A DNA stretch of 64,000 nt from Mobula hypostoma (lineage: Eukaryota), in NCBI RefSeq assembly GCF_963921235.1, contig NC_086122.1, positions 30,690,001 through 30,754,000 on the forward strand, written 5' to 3'. Below, piece after piece: positions 50,624 to 63,272 of this stretch (position 1 is the first letter of the stretch; each line of letters opens with the position of its first letter). The notes under the pieces were generated by a model. That model was not told where the DNA came from, did no database searches, and saw nothing but the letters and a program-made list of their open reading frames with translations. Position numbers and translations under genes: made by a program.

Positions 50624-51900
50624 TTCAAATACAACATTGCTTCAGCAAGAATGGCAGAGCAAAGAGTTTCATGGCAATGTTGTTTTTTTCCATTTTAAAT
50701 CTAACCAAAGTTAAGATTTTCTATCGAACTTCAAATATGAACGTCAGTGACAAAGAATAACAATCTTCCCATCTCCATTACATCAAACAAACACAATGTC
50801 ATTATCAGGCTAGATTTCATTCAACAGTTCAACAGAAGTTGGATTTGAACTGTGATGATGTAGATTTAAGTGGATGCTATGATTGAGTCAAGCATGAACA
50901 TATTTCATTGGAAACAGCATGGTACACTAATTAGAATGTTCCACAATAAATATTAGCTGGAAACATTCCTCTAGATGCCTTAATTTTGATGGCATGGTTG
51001 AATTTTTAGCAGAACAAACTACTCTTTCAGTTAAATACAAGTGCTAGAAATTCAAATACACTTCACAAAGAGGGAATCTCATACATAGACAATCAGATGT
51101 GAATTGGTACTGTTTTAAACAACTTATCATGCGGTGCTGGAAGATTGTGGGTTCAACTGCCAAAGCAGAGATTACCATCCCCACTGTCACTTCATTCAAA
51201 GCTGTTTCGATTGGTTAATGGTTCCAGTCAAGTTTCTGCCAAAATATCAAGCAGTTAAAGAAAATTAGGTCAACCAAAGAATGTTTATTACAAACTAAAA
51301 AATTATATATCCAATGTTACAAGATTTCAAAACAAAGTATAACCAATTCGTGTCTTTTAACAACAGTGTACTTCAAGCAACGCTTTCCAGTCAGTTGATT
51401 CATCTGCTTAAAAGGCAAATTTAAAACGTCAATATTTTGACTAATTGCCTTATACAGTTGGGTCAATCACCTCCTGTGGATTTGGGGGTCTTCAACTCTG
51501 TATAAGTTTTAAACCCTGAACAGAACAAGGATTTTCAACCATACATTTTTTAAAATTTTCAGGCCAAAATAATGTGGCACCGAATGAATGGACAATTAGA
51601 ATCTCAAAAATACACTGGGGGAAATAGCAATTGTACAACTTCTTAAAAAAGTAACACACAACCCGGCCCTTTCCTCCAGTCCGTCAGTAAATCCCTGAAC
51701 TGGACAGTACACGTTAATTCAAACTTGCAAGTGGGAAATCCGCTCACAGTTCGGTTGTTTAATGAAGATGGCGACATGCTTCGACTCTGTAACAAAAGAG
51801 TCAACGAACTGATTTTGAAACGGTGGCGCTGCCGTCCGATTGTCTCGGTTCAGGTTGCGTGAAACTTCGCCCTGGCTAATGTCCCTGGTCCAGGCGTTGC

Positions 51901-52386
51901 TTATCTGGTCGAGCGTACTAATCCAGGTCGTGAAGGCACCACCATCGGCCGGTGAGGCCCCATCATCGGGCCGGGCATCATGGGCACCGGGCCGCTGATG
52001 GGCGGTCTCATCCCCGGGCCCACCAGCATCATACCAGGAGGCGCAGGGCCCATCATCGGCATCATGGGCGGCCCTCCCATTGGGGGTCCGGGCAGGATGG
52101 CGGGCCGCGGCGGCGGCACCCCGACGTTCCCAGGCGGAGGTGGGATGGCGGCCCCAGCCGGGGGCGGCCCGGCCGGCGCCGGGAAGGGGGCCGTGGGCGG
52201 GATTTTGCCCTGGCGGAAGGCGGCCGTGGTCTTGTCGATGAGGCTTTGGGCCTGCTCCTCCATCCATTTCTGATAGTAGTCTTTGACGTTCTCCTTGTGC
52301 TTGCGCCCCTCACAGTGCGTCTTGCGGACGGACGGGGAGTCGTGAGTGAGGTAGGTGTCACAGTAATCGCAGTAATACTTCGGCAT
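51901..52386 (-). CDS. SNRPC: U1 snRNP protein C (U1-C), intronless CDS, 161 aa
   Basis: [57 protein letters not shown]: matrin-type zinc finger with C6, C9, H24, H30 intact, then a Pro/Met/Gly tail. Uninterrupted ORF. AATAAA on minus at 51289-51284. Confidence 0.96.
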   Translation of the reverse strand: MPKYYCDYCDTYLTHDSPSVRKTHCEGRKHKENVKDYYQKWMEEQAQSLIDKTTAAFRQGKIPPTAPFPAPAGPPPAGAAIPPPPGNVGVPPPRPAILPGPPMGGPPMMPMMGPAPPGMMLVGPGMRPPISGPVPMMPGPMMGPHRPMVVPSRPGLVRSTR

Positions 52387-52425
52387 CTTGTCTCCGTCCG
52401 AGTCCGAGAGCGCGGCTGCGTCACG

Positions 52426-52659
52426 GCACACGTGACTACCCGGAGCCAGACCGCCTCGTAGCACACGTGACTACCAGCCGCCAGACCGCCTCTCAGCACA
52501 CGTGACTACCAGCCGCCAGACCGCCTCTCAGCACACGTGACTACCAGCCGCCAGACCGCCTCTCAGCACACGTGACTACCAGCCGCCAGACCGCCTCTCA
52601 GCACACGTGACTACCAGCCGCCAGACCGCCTCGCAGCACACGTGACTACCCGCCGCCAG
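52426..52659. repeat. 35-bp tandem repeat (~6.7 copies), each unit carrying a CACGTGAC E-box, directly upstream of SNRPC
   Basis: Unit gcacacgtgactaccagccgccagaccgcctctca starts at 52426, 52461, 52496, 52531, 52566, 52601 and 52636. Confidence 0.97.
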
Positions 52660-53304
52660 GCATGCGCAGTAGCTTGCTCCAGCCTCAAGCCATGTGGTTT
52701 TGCCACAATTTAGAATTAAATCGATGGGGAAAATCCTGGAAATGTGAAATACAGACGCAGTGATCCCTGCAGGGATATATAAAGTTAACGCTACAGGTTT
52801 TAACTGAGTGTCTTTAATGCAATATGTGAACTGTTTTCTTTGCCTGAATTGTTGTGTCAGCAATTCAGAATCAGGTTTCATTTCACCGGCGTGTCGTGCA
52901 ATTTATTGTCTTTACAATAGCAGCACAATGTTTTCTAATAATAAAAAAAACAAGAATTACAGGAAGTGTACAGATATATTTACTAGAATTCGTGTTTTGC
53001 ATATTATATAATATATATTAGTTTAAAGAGTAGTGCAAAACTAGAAATAAAAAATAGTGAGGTAGTGTTCATGGGTTCAATGTCCATTCAGAAATCTGAT
53101 GGCAAAAGGGGAAGAAGCTGTTCCCGAATCGTTGACTCTGTGCCTGTATACTTCCTTCCCGATGGTGGCAATCAGGGTCCTTAATGATGGACGCCGCCCT
53201 TTTGAGGCATTGCTCCTTGAAAATGTACTACGAATGGAGATGACTACGTTTACAGTTCTCTGCAGCTTATTTCGATCCTTGCAGTAGCTGCACCCCCCCC
53301 CCCA

Positions 53305-54190
53305 TACTCACGGCTTCAGAGCTGTGTGTCAGACATGGTTATAAGCAGCACTGGGACCCCCCAGGGGACTGTATTGGCTCCCTTCCTGTTTACCTCGGAC
53401 TTTAGATCCAATACTGAGTCATGTCATCTGCAGAAATTCTCTGACGACTCAGCAATAGTTGGATGTATACAGGGAGGGCGGGAGGATGAGGCCCTAGTGC
53501 AGGACTTTGTCAAATGGTGCAAGCTGAATCATCTGCAGCTGAACATCAGTGAGACAACGGAGATGATGATGGACTTTAGGAAGACGAAGCACTTGCCCCT
53601 ATTACTATTGGTGGTGAGGACCTGGGGGTGCACCTGAGTGGACCACCAACACAGAGTCTGTGTACAAGAAGGGCCAGAGTCACCTCTACTTCCTGAGGAG
53701 ACCGAGGTCCTTTGAAGTGTGCAGGCCTCTCCTTCGCGTGTCCTACTCGCCTGTTGTCGCCAGTACAATCTTTTATGCAGCGATGTGCTGGGGCCATGGC
53801 ATCAACAAGGGTGATGCCAACAAACTAATTAGAAAGGTTGGTTCTGTTATAGGAGTCAAACTGGACGCACTGGAGGATGTGGTAGAACAAAGGATCCTAC
53901 GGAAAATCCTGACAATTCTGGACAATGTTTCTCACCCTCTGCATGCCACCTTGGCTGAACAGAGGAGTGCTTTTTGTAATAGACTAAAGACAACTGCGCT
54001 GCTCCAAAGAGCACTGTATAAGGTCATTCCAACCCTCGGCCAGGGCAAGTGATGACCCCCCCCCCCCCGTTAGACTGTTTGAGGCAACTTTTTTTAATAC
54101 TTTCTTACTTCTAATATTTGTATATCTGTGCACCTGTAAAGCCACTGTGATACTGTAATTTCCTTTGGGATCAATAAAGTATCTTTCTAT
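53305..54190 (+). mobile_element. Rex1/Babar LINE RT fragment
   Basis: STGTPQGTVLAPFLF, QKFSDDSAIVG, HLQLNISET, LYFLRR. Confidence 0.92.
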
Positions 54191-54219
54191 CTATACCGGA
54201 TGATGACATTACTGTTTCA

Positions 54220-54665
54220 AAAGTCACCAAAAAGTTGCAGAAAACTTGTAAAATTAGTCGGCTCTGTCGTGGGTACTCGCCTCCGTAGTATCCAAGACGT
54301 CTTCAAGGAGCGGTGCCTCAGGAAGGCGGGGGCCATTATTAACGACCCTCACCACCCAGGACATGCTCTCTTCACGCTGTTACCGTCAGGAAGAAGGTAC
54401 AGAACCCTGAAGGCACACACTCAGCGATTCAGAAACAGCTTCTTCCCCTCTGCCATCCGATTCCTAAATGGATATTGAACTCATGAACATTATCTCACTA
54501 CTTTTATTATTTTGCATTACTTAATTTAACTTACTACTTAATAGACATATGTATACTTAATGTAACTCAGTCTTTTTTCTCCATATTTATCATGTATTGC
54601 ATTGTACTACTGCCGTAAAGTTAGCAAATGTCACGACATATGCTGATGATATTAAATTTGATTCT
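54220..54665 (+). mobile_element. Rex/Babar LINE 3' fragment
   Basis: DPHHPGHALFTLLPSGRRYR..FRNSFFPSAIRFLN. Confidence 0.88.
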
Positions 54666-55539
54666 GCACATTTCTTTGTTGCAGCAACAGGGAGTAATCC
54701 GCTGGCGAGATACAAGAGAACTGAAACCTGAAACCGTGTTCAAGCCGTTGTAATAGCAACCATCCATTTCCCTCCACTGATGTTGCGTGTGTTTGCAGAC
54801 TCCAGTATCAGCAGTCTCTTGTATCTGTTTTACTGGGGGGGCTCAGCGGGTTCAGCAGCAACTGCGTGGGAGGGAAGGAAGGAATTGCAAACGTCACGGA
54901 TCGAAACCGTCCTGATGAAGGGCGGCGGTCTGAAACGTCCGTTGGCTATAGGGGTTCCCAACCATTTTTATGCCGTGGACCCCTACCGTTAACAGAGGCG
55001 TCCTGTGAACCCCATGGTCGGCTCTTTATTCCTCTCCATAGATGCTGCCCGACCTGCTGAGTTCCTCCAGAACTTGTGTGCATTGCTCTCGAAACCTTGC
55101 ACTCGGACTGTTGCTCCCCACATTTAACAATATAAACTTTTATAAGTACTGTATTGATAATGGAATATGTTTACAAGAATAAACCGTTTTCATTATTTGC
55201 ATTCATAGTCAATGCACATCCATGGCACTGCTGCCACTCTGGGGTGGTATACTGTTCCAGATATAATTGAGGGGCTTCCTCCCCCAACCCGGCCCCTCGC
55301 TCTCCAGCAGGAGACGAACCCCACAGTCTGGACCTTACCCACCGAGCTCTTGTGGAGACAACCCCATGTTTCATTGCCTCTATGTCCCTCCCCATTCTGA
55401 AATGTATCAGGCGGCAGCATTCTTCCACGGAAATCTCGATGCGCTGGCAGACCAACTTGTTTAGCAAGACAGTGGTTCCCCGCCCCTCCTTTTTTATATA
55501 TATCTAAAGGAAAGGTGGAGCTGTCCCTAAACTTTCACT

Positions 55540-55719
55540 GGTGCGCATGCGCACCACTCCCTCCCTCCCTCCGCTTGTTATGCACTGGAGACGGGAGGAT
55601 TGCGTCATGGGGGTGACGCCACCGATCACGTGACGGCCAGCTCCTAGCGGGCATGCGCATCACTCCCTTGCTCGGACGGGGCAGCTGTCTATTGTTTGTC
55701 CGGATTTGTGGGTTGTGAA
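55540..55719 (+). promoter_or_regulatory. TMEM50A: TMEM50A CpG-rich promoter and non-coding exon 1
   Basis: NRF1 palindrome TGCGCATGCGCA 55542-55553, TGCGTCA 55601, CACGTGAC 55627, GCATGCGCA 55651, donor GAA|gtaagt at 55720. Confidence 0.8.
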
Positions 55720-58589
55720 GTAAGTACGGATTGTGAGGGGTTTTTTTGTTTTGGCAAGCCGAAAGTTAGCGTTGACGGTTTTGTTCTTTTCCTACTATCA
55801 ACGTGGCGCACACAATACGGCCATGGATGCGGTTCTAAAATTGGGGTTTTATTGCCCCGGCCGGTGTTGGATTGGTAGAGGTCTGTGGTAACCGCACACC
55901 AGTTTGGAATGACGACGGGCACTCTGCTCGCGGTGGGGGAAATTATCCCGCTTCGTGGCAGAATGGGCTTGTAGCCGTGGAAAATGGACTGGCAGATACC
56001 CAGGAGTGCAAATTGAACGTCATCGTTTGGCGTATGCATACACATTTTCTAGTCTTAAATCTTTGTAGCTGGTATTCATTAAAGTTCTGATGAAGGAATG
56101 CAGACAGGACCTCGACCATGGTTGGCTTAATGATACAGGGAAGGAGGTGAAAGGTCAAGTGAGTAAGAATGTTCTTGGGTGGGAAAGCAACCTGGTGTTT
56201 GCAGATGTGGTGGTGGTATAGTATGATGCTTCTGTGATTTTAGAACTAAGGATTTTACTGAAGTTACTGTAGGAAATTCAGGAAGGTTGAATGTACCCCC
56301 ATATTGGAACCAACAATGTAAATAGAAAAGAAAAGGAGGTTTTCCAGACAGATTTTAAGGAGATGGAACTCAGAATGATAGTATTAGGATTGCTCCCTAT
56401 GTCACATGCCAATAAGAATCAAAATAAGATATTCTAAATAACTATGTGCTCAGAGAAAGTAGAAGAGGATTGGCATTGGGACAATTCTCAGGGATCTCGT
56501 GTATTTTGACTTTCAAAAGGTATCATATGAGGGTATTAAATAAAACTAAAGTCTACAATACTGGGGTAATAAATTTACAATTAGTTAATGGGCAAAAGGC
56601 AAATGGTTGGAATAGATGGTTTATTTTCTCACTTGCGGACCTGAATAGGATATTGAGGAGAAAACTTGTGCCACATTGCAAAGATATGCATAAGCTTGGA
56701 TGGATGGTGGCTGTTCATCGAGTCCAACGATGGTGGGAAACCAGTGCGGTAGAGTTTTTAAAATGGAAAAAGTAGGGCAGTTCCACACTCTTCACCTCAG
56801 AAGTCCGGGACCAGTGATACAAACTGGGGTTGTCTTTGGTTTCAGTGCATGACCATGATATCTTGTATGCTTTGTCGTGCCCTTCCCTCTCCATGGAGTG
56901 TTGCAGTGCTGCCTTCCTAGCTATTGGATCTCACTGTAGATCTCATCTGCCCGGTCCTGCAGAGCTGACTTCACATGCTAGGACAGGAATGTCCCTATCT
57001 CACTGGGCTATGAGGCCGCCAGTGACCCTCGCCTGGTTTAACTGCCTGTCAAAGCGGTGTGGCTGCTAGTACTAGTATCTGTGCTAGTATCTTTCCTGTA
57101 ATACCAAGGGCTCTTTACTTGTTAACTTCAACTGAGATTGCAGTAAATTCAGGGTTGAAGAGTGAGAGGAGTTCCTCAGCGTGTTAAAAGCCTCGATCAG
57201 CTTGTTTCCAGCCCGAGAGGAACTTGACCTTGCCTGAGTTGGATATGAGTCTATTTAAAGGCAAATTGCTTCACTTTTATCAGTTATGGACCGTGCAGTA
57301 CTTGTTATGACCAGTGATCAGGGGCTTGAGTAACACCAAAATAAACATATTCAATTGGAGAAGAGCTGGTAAGAACAGAGCTAATGTGAATAAACTGGAA
57401 TTAAAGCCCTAATTGAACAACAGCACACCATTTACATTGGGAGGTGTTATATCTGCAAATCTAGGTACTTTGCCATGAGGGAGAAACAAAGGGAACTCCG
57501 TAGTTGCAAAAATAATAAAGATCAAAATAGTGGGAGTGGGGGAAGAGCAACTGAAAGATTGATGCAAGTGAGAAGCAGGTCAATTCCAATGTGTTCAGAG
57601 AAGTAAGAAAGGAAATGAGGCAGGGAATAAGCCTGAACAACCTTTAACTTTTAAAAAAAAATATATATATATACTCTAAATTACACTTATTATTATGTGT
57701 TGCAATGTACTGCTGCTGGAAAACAACAAATTTGAAGACATTTTGTGAAGTTCTTCAAGATTCAAGATTGTTTGATGTCATTTCCTGTACACGTGTAAAG
57801 GAGAATGAAACAATTGTCACTCCAGATCCGATACAGCACCAAACAAACACAAAAGATAAAAAATACAATAATAATAAAAAAACACATGTAAATACATAAA
57901 GATAGCTTGTGTACAATGTACGTCAATAAAGTGGTGCTAGGCACAGATCTATACATAAGGTGACTGACAGGAAATTATAAAGTACTGCTGTGATATTAAT
58001 ATGCCGGTGATATTAAACCCTGGTTGTGATTGGTACATTTGAAGAGAGGTGGGAAGGCTTATGAAAAGTGCAGTAATGATTTTGAAACCTATCTCCAGGG
58101 AAGGCAAACTTTGGCTTTGTACATAAATGGGAGAAGCTGGGATAAAAGTAATAAAATCATAAAGGATAAAGATTGAGAAGGCAGAAATAATTATTCTGTT
58201 CAGCCTAGGGCTCAAAGAACAAATGGACAGAGAATGAAAACAATTGGCAAAAAAAAATTCACATGGTTAAAGTGGGGAATGCAAATTCAATTGTGGTATT
58301 ATAACGGAAGCAGAAAGAATTTGCTGGACTATAAAGGGAAGATGAGAAGTGGAGTTTCTAAAAAGGATTTTGTTTTTCAGGATCAGAATGTGGCTGGCAA
58401 ACCCAGCATTTAGAGTCTGGCCCTATTTGTCTTTAAATGCAGTGGTGTAATATATTTCTAAATCATTATTATGTGTGAATTACAAGGGAATCTGCCTTTC
58501 GGGAGTTTCCAAGGAGGTCAAAGGTTTGAGAGGTGCTAACATGTATCCTGGGTGTGAAACTGCAGGCTGTCGCTTGAGTGGTGCTAGTG

Positions 58590-59260
58590 AACCCTATGCA
58601 AGATTGAGAAAGAGTCTTTGAAGAGCACAACCCACAGATCCAAACTCTGTCGAGCAGTTGTCCTTCCTACATTACTGTATGGAGCTGAATCACCTTCAGG
58701 AGACACCTGAAATCTCTGGAACAAATCCACCAAAGATCCTGATGAAAGATTTTGTGGCTCAGCTGGAAGGACTAACACCAGCGTACTGGAGGAGGCCAAC
58801 ATGAACAGCATCTCCACCGTGATAGGCTACACCAACTCCGACGGATAGGTCACATTGTCCGGATGTCTAACTCGCACCTCCCCAAACAGATCCCGTACTC
58901 CCACTTGAAGGAAGCTCAGCAAGCCCCCGGTGGGCAAAGGAAATACTTCAAAGGCAACATCAAAATCAGCCTGAAGAAATTCAATATCACATCTAAAAAC
59001 AGGGAAGACATTGCACCCAGTAGATACACCTGGAGGAATTCTGTTCAAGAGGGAGCTGTAGTATGTGAGAACGGTCTCCGTTGTGCTGCAGAGGACAAGT
59101 GGCAGCTGCGAAAGGAGAGACTGAACAACCAAAAGACCCCACCATGAACCGCAGCCCCCACTTATTCCTGCCCACCCTGCACCAGAACATGTAGATCCTG
59201 CATTGGCCTCCTCAGCCACCCGAAGACCCACTAACAGACCATCCCTTGGGAAAATATATT
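58590..59260 (+). mobile_element. RTE-clade LINE 3' fragment
   Basis: AVVLPTLLYGAE remnant and LPKQIPYSHL..GGQRKYFK..K.SLK. Confidence 0.85.
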
Positions 59261-59402
59261 CAACTCGAATGATCGCACTGTTACTACATGCTGTTGTGCC
59301 TGTGTACATTAGTGGAGAAAATGAATATTTAAACTAGTGGGTAAAGTTTCAGTCAAGTGGGTAGGTTTGTCCTAGATGGTGTCGAGCTGCTTGAGAATTA
59401 TC

Positions 59403-59745
59403 ATAAGAACATAAGGAATAGGAGCAGGAGTAGGCCATCTGACCCATCAAGTCTGTTCTGCCATTCAGTAAGATCATGGCTCATCCTGCCAGGAGTCATC
59501 TCCACCTACCTGCCTTTTTCCCCATAACCCTTAATTCCCCTACTATGCAAAAAATCCATCCCACCTTATCTTAAATATATTTTCTGGGGTAGCCTCCAGT
59601 GCATCATTGGGCAGAGATTTCCACAGGTTCACCACTCCTTGGGAACAGCAGTTCCTCCTCATCTCGGTCCTAAATCTACTCCCCAAATCTTGGGGCTATG
59701 CCCACTAGTTCTAGTCTCACCTATCAGTGGAAACGGCTTTTCTGT
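59403..59745 (-). mobile_element. CR1 LINE 3' end
   Basis: Closely similar to 4668-4950; cataagaacataag tail. Confidence 0.85.
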
Positions 59746-61211
59746 TCTCATTCATTCTTTACAAATAGAGCTGGTAAGGATGTCAACAAACTGAATGGCT
59801 TTTTGTGGTAAGAACAGCCTGTGATTAATTTATTCAGGATCTTTCATGCGATGCACAAAAGGGTAAAGGGAATGCTCATTACTAAATAAATGAGCATTCT
59901 GAGTGTTCTGTGGATTATTTGGTTAACTGAGAATTGTGAGTATTTTAAAGTGGAAAAGCTATTGACTTCCATCGAGTACTGTACGTGTTCTTTAAAAATA
60001 TAACATAATTAGGATTCTACCCTCAAACTGTGGAGCAACACTTTGTTTAATCATTGTAAACACTAATGCACTTAAATTGTATACTGCATACATTCTCTGA
60101 TATTAAAATAAACCTTTGAATCTTTCTTGCCTGCCTTCATTGTAGCTTAAAGCTGCTTCGCTCTCAACTTTCCCTGTTGCAGACTGTAAATATTAACTTT
60201 CTCCCTCCTTGGCTATTGCCTGATATGCTGGATATTCCATTTTTTTGTTTTTATTTTAAATTCCAGCTCTTAAGAACACAAAATAAGATTGCAGTTGTAG
60301 CTGAGCACCAAAAGTGGTAGAAAGTCATGTGGAAAGAATCCAGAGTATGTAAAAAGATGAGATAAATAAATGGGTAAAAATATGACGAGGAATAAGTTCA
60401 TGACTGATTGAATCTCACCCTCTATTTTCCTATCTGATACCTACCAACAGGTTTAAGTTTAATTGTCATTCAACCATACACAGGAATTCAGCCAAACAAC
60501 AGCACTCTTCTGGTGCCAATGTGTAAAGCACAGTTACAAAAAAAAATCAAACAGTAATAACATATCCCAATTCCCTGAGCGTCATGGCCTGCAGACTGAA
60601 GCTTGTCTTCTCAGGAGTGAACACTAGAGGGCAGTACCAACAGGAGGGGCAAGCCCCCAACCCAGTACGGGGTCCAGCGGCACACAGCAGGCTTGGCCTC
60701 ACCTCCACCGGCAACCACGAGGCACGGGGGGCTTGTCTGCACAACAACTGAGGGATCAAGCTCTCCTGTCTCACCAATGAACCGGTGATACACTGTGGAG
60801 TAGGTCCTTCCAGCCCTATTGAGACGCCCCACCCCAGCAATCCCCAGCAAATCCGGTTAACCCTAACCTATTCACGAGACAATTTATAACTACCAATTAA
60901 CCTACCCAGTGCGTCTTTAGACTGTGGGGAGGAAACCAGAGCACTTGGGGAAAAACCCTACACATTCTAAGGGGGGGGGGGGATGGTCAGAGACTTCTTG
61001 CAGAACTGTGCTGGAATTGAACTTGAGAATACCACCAAACTGTAATAGCGCCACGCTAGCCACCTCACCAACAGTGGCAATCACTCCTCATTCTTCTAAA
61101 ACTAAAGTATTTGGATGTAGCCTTGTGAATTTATTCTGAATTACCTCCAATGTTATTAAATCCTTGCTTAAACTTTGCATTTAAGTTAAAGTCTAAGTAT
61201 TGCACTTTTGA

Positions 61212-61352
<141 letters not shown>

Positions 61353-62954
61353 TGACGCCTGTGACCTGTTTAGTGTGACAAAGTTGATCTGGTCTGGAAG
61401 CTTCCTTGATCTCGGTCACAGTGGTACAAAATAACTTGGTCAGTGTTGCCTGGTTTATGTAGTCTAATTAAGATGCTCCTTGTCTTGACTGATACAACAA
61501 GAACATCTCACAGTTGTATCACTTTTCAAGTCATATTTCTTGTGGGCAAGTCACCTATTCAGTGTAATAGCATAGTTTGCTTACTAAAGTACCCTTTTAA
61601 TTTCAAACTGATTTGTTTGTTCGTTATGTGCCATGTCATATGACTGGGGTGATCATGGTCTTTCCATGACCATGATTGTTTTTGGCAAATTCTTCTACAG
61701 AGGTGGATTGCCGTTGCCACCTGGGCGATGTCTTTACAAGACGGGTGGGTGGCCTTAGCCATTATCAATAATCTTCGGAGATTGTCTGCCTGGTGTCACA
61801 TAAACTGGGCTTGTGATATGCACCAGTTGCTCATATGACCATCCACCACCGTCTCCCATGGCTTCATGTGACTTTGGGGGCTAAATAGGTGTTACACCTT
61901 GCCAAAGGTGACCTGCAGGCTAGCAGAGGGAAGGAGCACCTTACACCTCCTTTGGTAGAGACGTATCTCCACCCCATCACCCATCAAACTGATTCCTACT
62001 TGTAATTTACATTGAGAATTGAAGTCTGCTGTTTGTTTGAATCAATGCCTGCTGTATTTCTGTTAATGCTGAATCCCTTACAGCATGTAAGTAAATGTAT
62101 ACTTTTTCCCATCTTCACTCTTCAACAAGCACTCTGATATCACTGATGCTGCATTTGTCAGTCACAAGTTTCTGCAAGTTAACAAATTTCATGCGCATGC
62201 TGGTGGTAATAAACCTGATTCTGATTTATCTTGTAACTCCTGTAACCCAAGGTCAATCCTGACTTCTGTTGCTTTCCATGTAGAGTTTATATATTCTTCT
62301 TGTGACTCCATAAGTTCTTCTGCGTGCTCTGGTATCTTTCCACACCTTAAAAAGTATGCTGGCTGTTAGCTCCTATAAACTGCCCCTAATGTAGATAGAA
62401 AGTGTCAATGAGAAAAAATGGTTGCTGGGAAATAGTGGACTGGGATTGTTCTGAGAGTTACTATAGACTCCATGATACCTTCTACCCTGAGGAAAATGTA
62501 CGGGCATCCCATCTCTTTCCACCCACCCACCCCGCCATCCTCCCCACTCAGCTCAAAATGGACTTTGCTATCTTTTCTGCTCCTTCATTCAAGATGATAA
62601 CACAGTTTGAGTGGTTTGAATTTGGGATATTAACAGCCAAACCTAATCTCAGCCTGTACATAATTAGCTGGATTATGTGATCAGGGACCAAGGCTGATTA
62701 TCCCAACCTCTCAGACTGAGACGGATGGGTGTTCTTACTGCCTTGCCTTTCAGCACTTGCTGTCGTGGATGAGAGACGGGGTCGGCAGGCATCTCATTTG
62801 ACGCTACTTGCTCTCACTGACTTTGGATGAATTATCTTTAGTGCCTTTTATTGGTTTAAAGGAAAATGTTCTGTATCCTTGAACTGTCAGACATTACTGT
62901 GAATAAGTTAAAACTAATTCTGGATTCGCTAACACAATTTTGGTGCCTTTGTAG

Positions 62955-63068
<114 letters not shown>

Positions 63069-63272
63069 TAGGTAGAGATGAATTTTAGCAATGAGATTTG
63101 TGTTTGTTTCCTGGCCTTTGACTATGTCACTGCCTCCAATATTGCTGTAGTTAGGGCTGCGCTCCTGTCCTAAATCAGATTGTTTGAAACCTCATTGACC
63201 ATAGAGCCTTAGAAAAGTACAGCACAGAAACAAGCCCTCTGGCCCATCTGCTCCATGACGAGCCATTTAAAC

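Noticed and set aside
52387-52499. N-terminally extended U1-C (ORF from 52464) and overlapping ORFs 51719-52267, 51952-52461, 52062-52499
   Set aside because: The extension relies on a non-ATG start inside the VNTR. U1-C begins at MPK, and the other ORFs are GC-rich shadow frames.
52426-52659. CRISPR-like array of 35-bp repeats
   Set aside because: Units are head-to-tail with no unique spacers, there are no cas genes, and the context is eukaryotic. It is a minisatellite.
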